Shown: positions 1 through 10,979 of the stretch, piece by piece
How the letters are laid out: each line of letters starts with the position of its first letter
Position numbering within the stretch: position 1 is the first letter of the stretch
Assembly: GCA_002104905.1 (NCBI GenBank)
Contig: MCFE01000551.1
Coordinates: 1-59,222, forward strand
DNA: 59,222 nt
Direction of reading: 5' to 3'
Source of the DNA: Basidiobolus meristosporus CBS 931.73
Taxonomy: Eukaryota; Fungi; Basidiobolomycota
Made by a program: the position numbers and the translations under genes
Notes under the pieces: model-generated
The model's input: only the letters and a program-made list of their open reading frames with translations
What the model was told of the DNA's origin: nothing
Database searches by the model: none

Positions 1-839
1 TGCTTACTAATTCAACTTGATCAGAAAAATATAAATAAAGATTACTGAACCCTTTGGCTTAGTGTCATCTCAATAAATTAAGATTGAGCCTCAGCAAAAT
101 TAAGAATTCAACAATACTGTTCTAGTTTTCACCCAAGCCTAACATATCTAGCATTCCCAAGAACACCAAGTCTAGCCTGTATAGAAAACCAACCCTGTTG
201 CCTTTATAGCCCAACTCAACTATATAGAAAACCAATATTAGACCAGAACTTCTCTGCTAATATTTCTGCCACCCTTGACAATTCTAAGATTCTGCATCTA
301 GTTATCACTTAGACTTGGTTAACTCATTCAAGAATATTATTACACTTTTCTCTTGGATTCAACAATAACTATCACATTGTCATCAGTAGTTGGTACACCC
401 ACAGATTTCATTTCATCCACCAGCAGGGTAATTCTATTTATTAGATTATTCATTTCTTCTCCTAGCAGCATTTTTGTAGTAAGGAGTTTTTGTCTCAGAT
501 ACATTTTCTTAGCAGCTGAGCATGACTGGTATGTGTCTTCTAGTCCCTTCCAGGCATTCTTTGCCATTTTTGCTCTTGAGCATTGAATTAGCAATTTGTC
601 TTTGACATTAAAGCAAATGCAGTTAAAGGCACTTTGTTCTTTCTTCTAGTACTTTAAGGCTTCCTCTCCCGCATTTTTAGGAGCATATTATTTGCCAATG
701 ACAATATCCCAAAGACTTTTTTCTTGTAGCAGCATCTTGTCTTCATCTTCCACTCTTGGTAGTTAGATCAATCCAACTTTTCAGCAGAGGGAAAAATTTC
801 AGTAATAGCAGTAGAGGACATATCAGAGAGTGACAGCTT

Positions 840-852
840 GGAGCTCATAGCC
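840..852 (-). promoter_or_regulatory. Primer binding site (copia-type GGYTATGRGCYC, internal tRNA-iMet-type)
   Basis: GGCTATGAGCTCC directly abuts the LTR; the copy at 8527-8539 reads AGCTATGAGCCCC. Resembles the Drosophila copia PBS GGTTATGGGCCC. Confidence 0.75.
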
Positions 853-1200
853 TGTTGTAAGAGTCTTGGAGATATTGGAAGTGATTGGGAGAACAAGTAG
901 ATTATGTGGTTTTCACTTAATGATTTATTACATACAAAAGTAGTATTCATACTTTTACATAGTCTTAGCATAACAAACACATAGAATAGGCTAAGGAAGG
1001 TCCCAAGAACAAGGGTGCAAAGTTTAGGGCTGATTGGGCAACTTAGAATACTTTCACCAAATACCAGGTACCCAGTACATGAAAATTCTCAAAGTAAATC
1101 CCAACAAGGAATTTGGTCTGTATTCTCTAGGATTTGAGGATAATGATATAAGTGACTAAGTAAGGTGAATATTTAGGTGGAATTACAAATTTCTACAACA
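853..1200 (-). repeat. Copia LTR copy 1 (348 bp, carries an internal ~55-bp inversion)
   Basis: Aligns by eye with copies at 8540-8888, 51309-51657, 57492-57741, 58386-58736 and 48078-48321; TG...CA termini. Confidence 0.92.
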
Positions 1201-2180
1201 TTCAGTTCCTAATGGAGTAGTTCAGGGCTCTGTGCTTGGTCCCATACTGTGCGCTATTTTCCTGATTGACTTCCCAAGACTCTCAGCTGACTGCCTTGTT
1301 ACCCTGTTTGCTGATGACATCAGAATATCCTCCTCCAATGTGTAACAAGACTCCCAAACCATCCACCAGTATCTGCAGAAGAATAACCTCCAGCTTTCAA
1401 TTGCAAAGTCAGTACCTTTGGGTTGTCCTATCAATTTGGAGAGCTGCACTCTACCTGATCAGGTTTCTGCTACATATCTTGGCTTTCCCTTCCTTTCTAC
1501 TGGACTATACTCTGGAGCACACCTGAAGAAGAGAATTATCCTGGCAAGACAGGCACTCCACAAACTACTGGCTGTTACTCCTCCTACAACTTCAGCTCCC
1601 AGCCGCCTCCTTCTACTGAAGCAGTTTGTCTTCCCTATCCTGGAATTTGGCTTGTCACTTCTCTCTCTTACTTCTAGAGACTGCACTAAGCTTGCAGTCT
1701 GGTATATTACCTCCTTGATGCCTCATTTGCCTAAATGCCCCTACATACATGCTATTCTTGGTGCTATTGAGTTTATGCCCTAAAAGATCAGACTTCTCTA
1801 CCTTAGAACCAGATTGTATCTCAGACTTCACCACTGCAACAACCCACTAATCAAGGCCTGGAAGAGAACACACCACACTACACCTGGCTCCTGCTGGAGA
1901 ACTATGCTTGGAGATTGTGAAGCCAAGAAGCTTACTCAATATATTCTGCAGTCAGAATGACCCAAGCCTGCCTATCTGAGATACTTGACTAACCTTTGGT
2001 AGGAATATCTGAAGCAACACACTCCCTTTCTGATGAATATCAATCCTTTAATATTCACCTCATTAATGTTGTTCACAAACCATTCTTACCCCTGTTACTA
2101 CCCCCCTTCCCCCTGAACAGTGTCTTGAGCACTGAAGAGCTATCTTCACTTCTTGTAAACTTACCTATAAGTTCCCCTTA
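1201..2180 (+). mobile_element. Degenerate non-LTR (LINE) reverse transcriptase fragment
   Basis: From 1211, one frame reads NGVVQGSVLGPILCAIFL...TLFADDI (RT motifs QGSxLGP and F/YADD), later TYLG and VFPILEFG. Contains stops/frameshifts and is CpG-depleted. The 3' end is approximate. Confidence 0.88.
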
Positions 2181-3990
2181 GCTACAAACTCTTGTATCAA
2201 GGCTACAACAGTAGCACTGGCTTCATTGTTTCAACTGAATTACAGATATCACCTATTGGTGACTGTCTCCCCCCCTAACCCAAGCCCCCTGTTTATCTAA
2301 CCTTTTCCTAGCCCTTACTATAGCACCTATGCTCTTCCATGCCCCTGAGTGTAGGTTCAAATCATGGATCCAACAAAATTCCTACAATAAATTGATGTGT
2401 GCTCATTGCAAGATATCTTGCTCAACCATTGGGCAAAGTAAAGGCTCTAATTAGCTAAAATTCTTGAAATGTTAATTGGTCAGATTTGTGTAGCAAGCTT
2501 GGCCATTGATTGCCCAGAAATCCCCCTCAGCTCCCCCAGTCTACTAGCCATTTCAGTCACAATTCAGCTACTGCAAGCCACTACAACTCACCTCAGATAT
2601 ACTTGTATTCTCACTTCTCAGGGCCAAATTTCCAGGAAACCTCTGGTAGACCTAGCTAATAAGGAAACATAGCTCCACTCAGCCTCTCAACTCTCAGACC
2701 TGGCTTCTCAGGATGATATCTCTCATATCTAGCTTTTCAGGAATACTTACAGACTAACTTGGCTTCTTTAGATACTTGTCAAAGGTAAATAAAGATTTCA
2801 CTACTTGGTGACTTTCCTCCCCCCCCTAAATGTTATCATGCTTTGTGATAACCAGATGTATCTACATTAGGCTTCATCTTTTATTCAAGCAACCCTACAC
2901 CAATGAACCAAACCTCAACTACACCCAACATATTGAAGCCCTGTTGTATTCAGTTGTACTCAAAGATGCACTTAATAACTATAATATTGATTTTGTGCCT
3001 TGTGTCTCTTCATACTATCATTTCTGCCCCAATTCAAAGCAGGCCCTTGTCTTGAATTTGATGGTTCAGCCAGTGCATCCAAGTATACCAACCATCAGGG
3101 TGCCAACAACTCAGACAATGACTCTAATTATCCCATTATTGTGGTGCAGCTCATGCAAGCTGATTCATACTCCACACCAGTAGTGGGCTCCAAATACACT
3201 GAAGGATGCTCTGACAAAGTTACACATTCCACTGGGCCCATGGAAAATGCTCAATGTGGCAATGTTGAGCTTATGGAAGACATCCAATATACCAACAACT
3301 GCGTTTTACCCCAAAGCCAGTAAATATCAGTTATTCATTCTATTGGTTGCCTTATATGTAGTGGCAGAAATATGTACAATGCCAACACAAGATCAAGGGT
3401 AGTGTTAGAGCACAGCAAGGCAGTCCAGCTCACAAAAGCAATATCAGCAAGTATTGGGCAGTGGTATATTCTTAAGTAGTGACTCTACTACGATCCTGAG
3501 CAGCTAAAATGCACAGTAAGTTGATTATGGAAAATTTACATCTGCTACATCAATTTGTATTGGTACTTGTTGAAAGAAGCCTGAGGATTGGCTTGGTACA
3601 TAATTGGGTCTTAATTGTTGCGTATTGAGTATGGATTCTGCATGTTGGTATTGCTCACTACCATTAACTGAATATATGGCAGACTGAACACATGTCAAAT
3701 ATGCACAACAGTAGGGTAACTTGTACAGTAAAGGGTTTGGCTGAATAGTAGCGCCTGATCAGCTCTATCCCCTCCTTTAATCTTTGCTGGCACCTCCACC
3801 CATCCCTGTTGCACCTTCTCTTTCTGATGCCAATTTGTATAGTCTTGTTCACAGAAGAAATGGGAGGACTTGATAACTTACAATGATAGTGAGGCTGGTA
3901 TGATATCTATTGTATGATACATATTCCCTATTGATTATGATTGGTGAGCACTAGTATTAACATGTATAAATGCTCATTAATATCCACATC
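2181..3990. repeat. Unclassified CpG-depleted repeat remnants
   Basis: Almost no CpG, no recognisable protein, and two copies of a ~36-bp purine-tract motif (2244-2278, 2793-2829). Confidence 0.45.
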
Positions 3991-4377
3991 TGTATCGATG
4001 ACTACGGTCTGATCTTGTGTGACCCTAGGCAAGCAAAGTCTCACCAGTACCTCAAATACAGATTCCAGCGAGGCGACAATCATAGACGTGTAAACAAATG
4101 ACATTTAGACAAAGGATGGTATTAGGATTGAATACAGCACAGGCAACGAGAAGGGTATTCACATCCACGTGTATCAATCCAGACTGCCTACATTTGTTTC
4201 CAATAGTACTAAACCTACTTCACAAAAATCTCAAGAAATATATTGCGCAGCACAAAGGAAAATTTCAATTTTTTATGAGCCAAAATACATTATGAATATA
4301 TATCACATCACAAATTAGAGAACAAGGGAAATATTAGTTATTTATAAGCTAAGATACATTAGGAGTATTGATCAGGA

Positions 4378-6235
4378 TCACTCAAGCACCAAGTTGCGCT
4401 TCTGCATCCTGATGAATTTAATTCCCAAGCTAAACAGGAATAGCAATCCAGACATCCCAATGGCGATGTAAAAGATGGTGCGTAATACATGAACGTACAC
4501 CCCCATCACAGCTAGTCGTTCTTCTGCGGGCAGGGTATCCATGAATTCGAAGCTATTCGTCGCCTCCTGGATTGGGATATTATAGCTTAACTTGGACAGT
4601 CCAGTGACCAGCTGGTTGTTGTATATTGAGCCGCAAATGGCGATTCCTAACACTCCACCAACCGAGCGGAAGAAGGACGACATTGTTGTCACTACTCCCA
4701 TATCTTTAGAAGACACTTCTGATTGGGCAGCCAGGATCAATGTCTGAATGCAACAACCAGCTCCAGCTCCCACGACGATCAAGAAGCCAATTTGCTCCCC
4801 ATGGCTTGTATTGGCATTCCAAATGGTCAGCAATCCCACACCCACCGTCATGACTGCTGAGCCGACCCAACACCAGACGACGATCACCCCGGTCTTCGAG
4901 ATGAAAAATCCGGAGACAATACTGAATAGTGAAGCGGAAAGCAGCATGGGCAGCATCTGGAGCCCTGAAGTGGTGGCAGAATCCCCACGAACAACCTGGA
5001 AGTACATTGGGACGTAGTATACCAATCCAAAGAATGCCATACCAAAGAAGAACTGGGCGATGAAGGAGAATAACGGATTACGCATGCCAAACAGCCGACA
5101 AGGGATGATTGGCTCGGCTGCAAATCGGTACTCCACTACGATAAATGCTATCAAGAGTACCCCCGAAACACAGTAAAGAGATATGATTCTTGGTGAGCTC
5201 CAGGGGTAATCTCCACCTCCCCATTCGGTGGGCAACAAGAGAGTGATGATGCATGCTAGAAGCAGCGCCGTCCCGAGGAAATCGATTCTCCGGATCTTTT
5301 CCTTGAAAGAGCCTGTCGGCGTAGGAAGTTGCAGGAACAGAGAAACGATTACTACCGTAAGCGCACCGATTGGCAAGTTGACGTAGAAAGACCACCTACA
5401 GAGACAGATGTTTGTCAGCCATCTACCAAGGGTGAGGGAAGGGGATCAAGATTACCTCCAAGTAGTGTCATCCGTAAAAATGCCACCGAGCAATGGGCCC
5501 AGAACAGATGCGATACCAAACTATAGATCAACGGGGTTTAGAACCGGCGATATAATCAACTATCAGCAACTCGTTTGACTTACTGTAGCGCCGATGAACC
5601 CTTGATACTTTCCGCGCTCTCGGAGTGGGACAATCTCGGTGATAATAATGAAGACCATACCCTCGACTGAGAAAAGAGCGGGTTAGATAGACGTCAAGAG
5701 AGTTCGAGAGGGATAAATACTCACTGCCTCCACCTCCGATTCCCGAGATCGCTCTAGACACAATCAGCATGGTCATGCTCTTGGAAGCACCACATAGCGC
5801 GCTGCCCACCTCAAAGATGATAATGGCGAAGAGGAATACTATTTTACGTCCGAAGATATCCGAAAACTAGTTCACCTGGTTAGTACCATGAAATATGTTG
5901 CCCTGTATGGGGAAACTCACCTTTCCGTAGAGAGGCTGGCATGCTGTAGCAGTCAACATGTAGGCAGTAGCCACCCAAGCGACCTGGTTTACTGCGCCAA
6001 AATCCGATGCGATTTTGGGTAGAGCGGTGGCCACGATTGTCTGATCAAGACCGGCCAAAAGGACGGCCATTGCAAGGCCCAGAAAGACCAATAGTAGCTT
6101 TCCAAAAGGTAGAATCGCTGGATCATCCACCTCCAGCTCTGGTTTAGATGGGTTCTTTTCTAAATCCTCCAGCTTCAAGGGGCCTGAAGGATCTGATTGC
6201 TTCTCAGCTAAGATGGCAGTAGGTTCGTCCCGCAT
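4378..6235 (-). CDS. MFS drug:H+ antiporter (DHA2, 14-TMS type), 5 exons, ~540 aa
   Basis: Exons 6235-5921, 5866-5725, 5666-5584, 5520-5456, 5395-4378 with GT-AG introns; total 1623 nt, in frame. Motifs LDQTIVATALP, PLYGKFSDIFGRK, RGKYQG, GPLLGG, WRWSFYVNLPIG. Confidence 0.95.
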
Positions 6236-8158
6236 TGTGTGTTAGAGCTATCAGTCCAGATCACTTGTTTATATAGAGACGCGCAAGAAAACGGAAGGTA
6301 TGGGCACTATTCCGCAACTTTAACAAGTCACGGAAATTCGGCTCCACTCTGATATACCACGGTTGGAAGAGGCCCACTGTACCAAATCTTACACCCAAGC
6401 GTTCCTTCCACCAGAAGAGAGTTTGTTCCTGCACCACTGGGACACCAGAAAGAGCGAATCCCTTCTGATTAGAGAATTCTATGGACTAGATCTAGATGCA
6501 TTCCCGGTATCTCATTCTCGGTAATACTCCTCATTTGGCAGGAATTCTATCTGGGTTGGAGAATGGTAGGAAAGTCATGATTGGGCTTAAGTTGCTGCGA
6601 ATTTCAGACCAAGGCCAATCAGAAGCTTTCCCAACTCCTGCTTGACAGTTTTCACGTCATTATCTAGATTCGGTACCGGAATATCGGGTGGGGTTGAAAG
6701 GCGGAACAACGGATCGTGGTTTAAACTTGGGGGGCAAGAGCTATTGATGAATGAGGATGATAGTGGAACATGGTGCTGACCGACATGAACCAAACAAACA
6801 AAAATCATGTGAAATTGAGCGTTTAGGCTTTTCTGTCACCAAGTTTATCCAGCTACCGTAACGTTGGTGTGCCAGAAAGCGGCTTGGGAGACGATATTAT
6901 ATGCTGAGCTGATACTTCGACAGCGTATATGCTGAGAATGCAAGAGACCGATGGACCGTTGGAGGGTAGCTGACTCCTTCAAAACACCAGGTGGAGTGTT
7001 TGTGAGGCATTGATCAAGTAGAAGGTAATGCATGGCAAGGATTTTATCTCGGGAGGTTTACAAACCGGAATCTGGTCCTATTGGAATACAAGCGAATTGT
7101 TCTTCGAAGGCCTTGGCCGTAAACTCTCTTCGGTGGAGACCCTCAGAAGTAACGGGTCATGGGTTTTGTGGATTTACGGTTGAAGAGTATTGATAGAACT
7201 GGGCCCCGGATAATTTCTTAAGTAGTTTACGGATTGCTGCTATGTATATTCTAGTTGGGGTGAAAGTCATGATATACGTGTTGCACTTAAGTGATGTAAG
7301 TCACAGCTTTGGCCGGTGGCCTATGAATGATAACCCAAAGTTCGTCAATGTGAAACTTGGAAATGAGCAGTAGTGAATACATGCTTCTGAAAGACAATGT
7401 TTTATGCCAGAAAATGTGGCACAGTCTCTCCATTAATTTCAAGAATCCTAGGTCGTGATTATATTCCTCGATTTGTTGTAAACGTGTTTGTTGATTGTAA
7501 GGCTACAGTAGTGAAATAATTTGTTGCTTAATGTGCTACCAAGATTATTAGTGGCAGTTACCTGCTCTTATACTTGGCATAAAGATAGAGATGCACTACT
7601 GTTCCACTGAAATACCGCCACACTCTTGCTTGCCACTCCTTTGCTTTTTGTGCCCTGAGCTGACTAACGGGTGAAAAACTATTTGCAAACCTATGTCGGC
7701 CATGTACTGTGACCACGTTACTGACTGTTCTGCCATTGTGATACCGGTAACATCCAAAAATTGCACATTTACCCTATTATGTTAGCATACAACCTGTAGT
7801 GAATTTTATATTTCTCAACTCGATATCTTGAATTGCCCTAAGATAAAAATTATGAAAAGGCCAGCACAATATCATTATAATATCAGCTTAATTCTAACTT
7901 TCCCAAAAGTCACAACTCTGAATATCTCAGGTACTTGCCTCACAGCAGACAAGCAGACATTCTTTCTCAGGGGAGACTATGTCAACCAGCATTGATAATC
8001 AGCTGCGCATAGTTTCCACCAAAAGTTGCAACCAAACATTTGAAGCAGAATCACTAGCCAAATACCATCTGAATACCAGCTAAAAATCCAATGAATCCAA
8101 ACTTAGTGATTTTTCATATGGTTACTTCAAATCCCAAGTCTTAATCTATGCTCCTAAC

Positions 8159-8888
8159 TTTGTAGTAGAGAATTTTTGTCTCAGATACATTTTCTTAGCA
8201 GCTGAACATGACTGGTAGGTGTCTTCCAATGCCTTCCAGGCATTCTTTGCTGTTTTTGCTCTTGAGCATTGAATTTGCAATTTGTCTTTGACATTAAGGC
8301 AAATGCAGTTAAAGGCACTTTATTCTTTCTTATGGTACTTTAAGGCTTCCTCTCCCACATTTTTTGGAGGGAATTCTTCTCCCATGAAAATATTTCAAAG
8401 GCCTCTTTCTTGTAGCAGCATCCTCATCATCACCATCAACACTTGGTAGTTAGATCCATCCAACATTTCAGCAGAGGGAAAAGTTCCAGTAATAGCAGTA
8501 GAAGGCATTGCAGAAAGTGACAGCTTGGGGCTCATAGCTTTTTGTAAGAGTCTTGGAGATATTGGAAGTGATTGGGAGAATAAGTAGATCATGTGGTCTT
8601 CACTTAATGATGTATTGAATGTAAAAGTAGTATTTATTCTTTTACATGATCTTGGCATAACAAACACACAGAATAGGTTCAGGAGAATTCCCACAACATG
8701 TGTGCAAAGTTTGGGGCTGTTTGAACAACTATGGGAATTTTCATGTTTTGGGTACTTGATATTTTGGTGAAAATACTCCAAGTGAGTCCTGACAAGGATT
8801 TTGGTCAGTATTCTCTAGGACTTGGAGGTAATGATCTAAGTGACTAAGTTAGGTGAATATTTAGGTGGAATTACAAATTTTCACAACA
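8159..8888 (-). mobile_element. Second truncated Copia: 5' LTR (8540-8888) + PBS + N-terminal gag
   Basis: Same LTR/PBS/gag as 340-1200 and the same orientation, but gag breaks at a different point (~8159). Confidence 0.9.
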
Positions 8889-9740
8889 GAAATAACCCTG
8901 GGCAAAAGCTTGCTAGGAATACTTGGGCTTTTGTCTCTACTCTAATGTGAAGTGGAATAAAGCCACAAGCTTGTCAAGGGAAAACTAATGAGCTACAATC
9001 CCCAGCTTAGTTGGTGTCTTAACAACATATAAAAAGAAGCCTCTAATCCTAGTGTTTTGCAAACATATGTTATCATTGACAATTCAGTGACTTGGGATTT
9101 ATCAAACAATAGGAGTCAAATCAATATGCTACAATGGTGGGTGTTTTCTATAAACTCAATCAACTTGTCAGCCTTGTGGTTATAGAGATCTACATGGGTT
9201 GCACCATCAATAGTATAGAATTCCTTTGCTCACCAGCTTTCTTGTATGTCTTATTGAGTATCACTTTGCATGCAGATCTGCTCTCACCTAGTTCATAGTA
9301 ATGCTCTTATCTTTCTAGCCACAACAATAATAACTAGTCATGCTATCTTACAAAAAGTGCTCCCTCCTTCTTTCAAACCCTAAATGACAAACACTTCTCC
9401 CCAAGTGATATTGTCTGTAGTTTACAGCAATAAATCACACCAACTAATCACACACTATATTCATGGTTTTGCAACTGATATAGTATAGAGCAGGTCTTAC
9501 TTGCAGAGGTAGAAGCACTGTTAGGGTGTTGTCCAATTGATTCCAGCTGGTCCTGTGGTTGCACATGCTCATTCATTTGTGACAGTTATTAACATGAGCA
9601 GTCACTCTAGTGGTGTGTAATATGGGAGAGATTGAAATCAACATAGCAGTAATGCATACAAGCTTCTCTGACCTGAGAATGGAGATATGAATCTTAGGGA
9701 AACCAGTGCAATGGAAGTTGAACAAAGCACCACACAAACA
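8889..9740. repeat. Unclassified CpG-depleted remnant
   Basis: CpG nearly absent; no confident protein similarity. Confidence 0.4.
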
Positions 9741-9877
9741 TTTAACTGCGGTTGGTAGCAAGCTAACTACAAGAACAAGATATGCTACAATATATGCCCT
9801 CCGCTAATGCACCCTATAAGAGTAAGCCAATCAGATATTGAACTAATTTTAGGTGTGAGTGTGATACAAGCGATTGC

Positions 9878-10717
9878 ATGAATAGCCACACACATCACCA
9901 TCATTACCTACATGCAGTTTTGTTTGATTTAGCCTCAACGGCATATGGGCCTTTCTACTATTTAATGCATCAGGCAGCCAACATGATAGTCACTTCAACA
10001 ACGATGCTCACCATTATATTCACTTTGCTTGCTTACTTATCGTGTGTAGCGGGATATTGGAATTCAACCACCCGCATCGGGATGGTGCTGTATCCCAAGT
10101 TCGAGCAACTGGATGTTGTTGGCCCTCATACTATCTTTTCCTTCGCGAAAGTCTTTTTGATGGCAGAAAAGCGGGGTCTAGTCAGATCCCGGATTGGCAC
10201 CCAGTGGCAGGTTGATCACGACTTCCAAAATCACCCAGAATTCGATGTTCTCTTTGTACCAGGGGGCCTTGTGGATGATGAGCTTGCAAATCCGGCTATA
10301 TTAGAATTCATTGAAACCCAAGCGAAAAAAGCAAAGGTCGTCTTAACTGTTTGTACGGGAAGTGTCCTACTGGCCAAAACCGGCTTACTTGACGGTTCAA
10401 GAGCCACCACAAACAAGATGGCTTGGAAAAAATTCACACCACAGTGTATGTATATTCACAATCGCACTTCGGCCTTTACTTCGCTAATCAATTTTTACAA
10501 AACAGTTCCTGACGTCAATTGGGTGAAACATGCCAGATGGGTCCAGGATGGCAAATACATCACGTCATCTGGGGTCAGTGCAGGAACGGATATGGCCGCA
10601 TACTTCGTCAAGAAGTACTTTGGGGAACAGACCCTTAATAACAGTCTGAAAGTGGCCGAGTATATATGGAATAGCAACCCAGACTATGATCCGTTTTCGG
10701 GATCGGCAGATGAATAG
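9878..10717 (+). CDS. DJ-1/PfpI family protein, isocyanide-hydratase (InhA/ICH)-like, probable signal peptide
   Basis: IGMVLYPKFEQLDVVGPH, FDVLFVPGG, nucleophile TVCTGS, RWVQDGKYITSSGVSAG. In-frame 60-bp intron 10446-10505 (GTATGT...ACAG). Alternative in-frame ATGs at 9878, 9983 and 10004. Confidence 0.92.
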   Translation: MNSHTHHHHYLHAVLFDLASTAYGPFYYLMHQAANMIVTSTTMLTIIFTLLAYLSCVAGYWNSTTRIGMVLYPKFEQLDVVGPHTIFSFAKVFLMAEKRGLVRSRIGTQWQVDHDFQNHPEFDVLFVPGGLVDDELANPAILEFIETQAKKAKVVLTVCTGSVLLAKTGLLDGSRATTNKMAWKKFTPQCMYIHNRTSAFTSLINFYKTVPDVNWVKHARWVQDGKYITSSGVSAGTDMAAYFVKKYFGEQTLNNSLKVAEYIWNSNPDYDPFSGSADE

Positions 10718-10979
10718 TCACGAGTTGTTTTTTTTCGAGTCTGTTTAGCGAACGTTGTTGACAGCATCTATGGATTTTATGAGTATTAAGTAAACTTTTG
10801 GGTGCACATTGTCCCTGAGGAGATGACATCCCATGACACCTGTGAGTAGGTCGAAAATAGAATGGTGGGTGGAAGGAAACTAACTACCCGTATGAAAGTT
10901 TATTACATTGCAAAGGCGATTTTAATGAAAGTTACAGCAAAGTACCAAACCCAATATTCCAAGATTATTGAGCGGCCGG

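Larger units (their letters stand above)
340..1200 (-). mobile_element. Truncated Ty1/Copia element: 5' LTR + PBS + N-terminal gag
   Basis: LTR 853-1200 ends TGTTGTA...TACAACA. PBS GGCTATGAGCTCC follows on the minus strand. Degenerate gag reads EKLDGSNY...AKNAWKGLEDTYQ...KKMYLRQKLLTTKM...EEMNNLINRI (UBN2/Retrotran_gag-like) and breaks off near 340. Confidence 0.9.

Noticed and set aside
2357-2366. GGTTCAAATC B-box, possible tRNA or SINE
   Set aside because: No convincing A-box or cloverleaf. No tRNA gene was found in the window.
6806-6815. CATGTGAAAT, the yeast UAS-INO consensus (near-match also at ~19114)
   Set aside because: Lies upstream of the MFS gene and downstream of INO1, not in the INO1 promoter. 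The Ino2/Ino4 circuit is yeast-specific and a chance match is likely.
6500-7150. Short ORFs upstream of the MFS gene (and at 46570-46990)
   Set aside because: No recognisable domain, splice pattern or codon bias; cannot be supported as genes.
853-8888. Composite retroelement carrying the MFS gene between two same-orientation LTRs
   Set aside because: Both LTRs are 5' LTRs with their own PBS and gag. There is no PPT before LTR copy 1 and no target-site duplication; at most a substrate for ectopic deletion.
9573-9761. CxC…C…H pattern suggesting a SWIM or KDZ zinc finger
   Set aside because: Spacing does not fit and the region is too decayed to assign.
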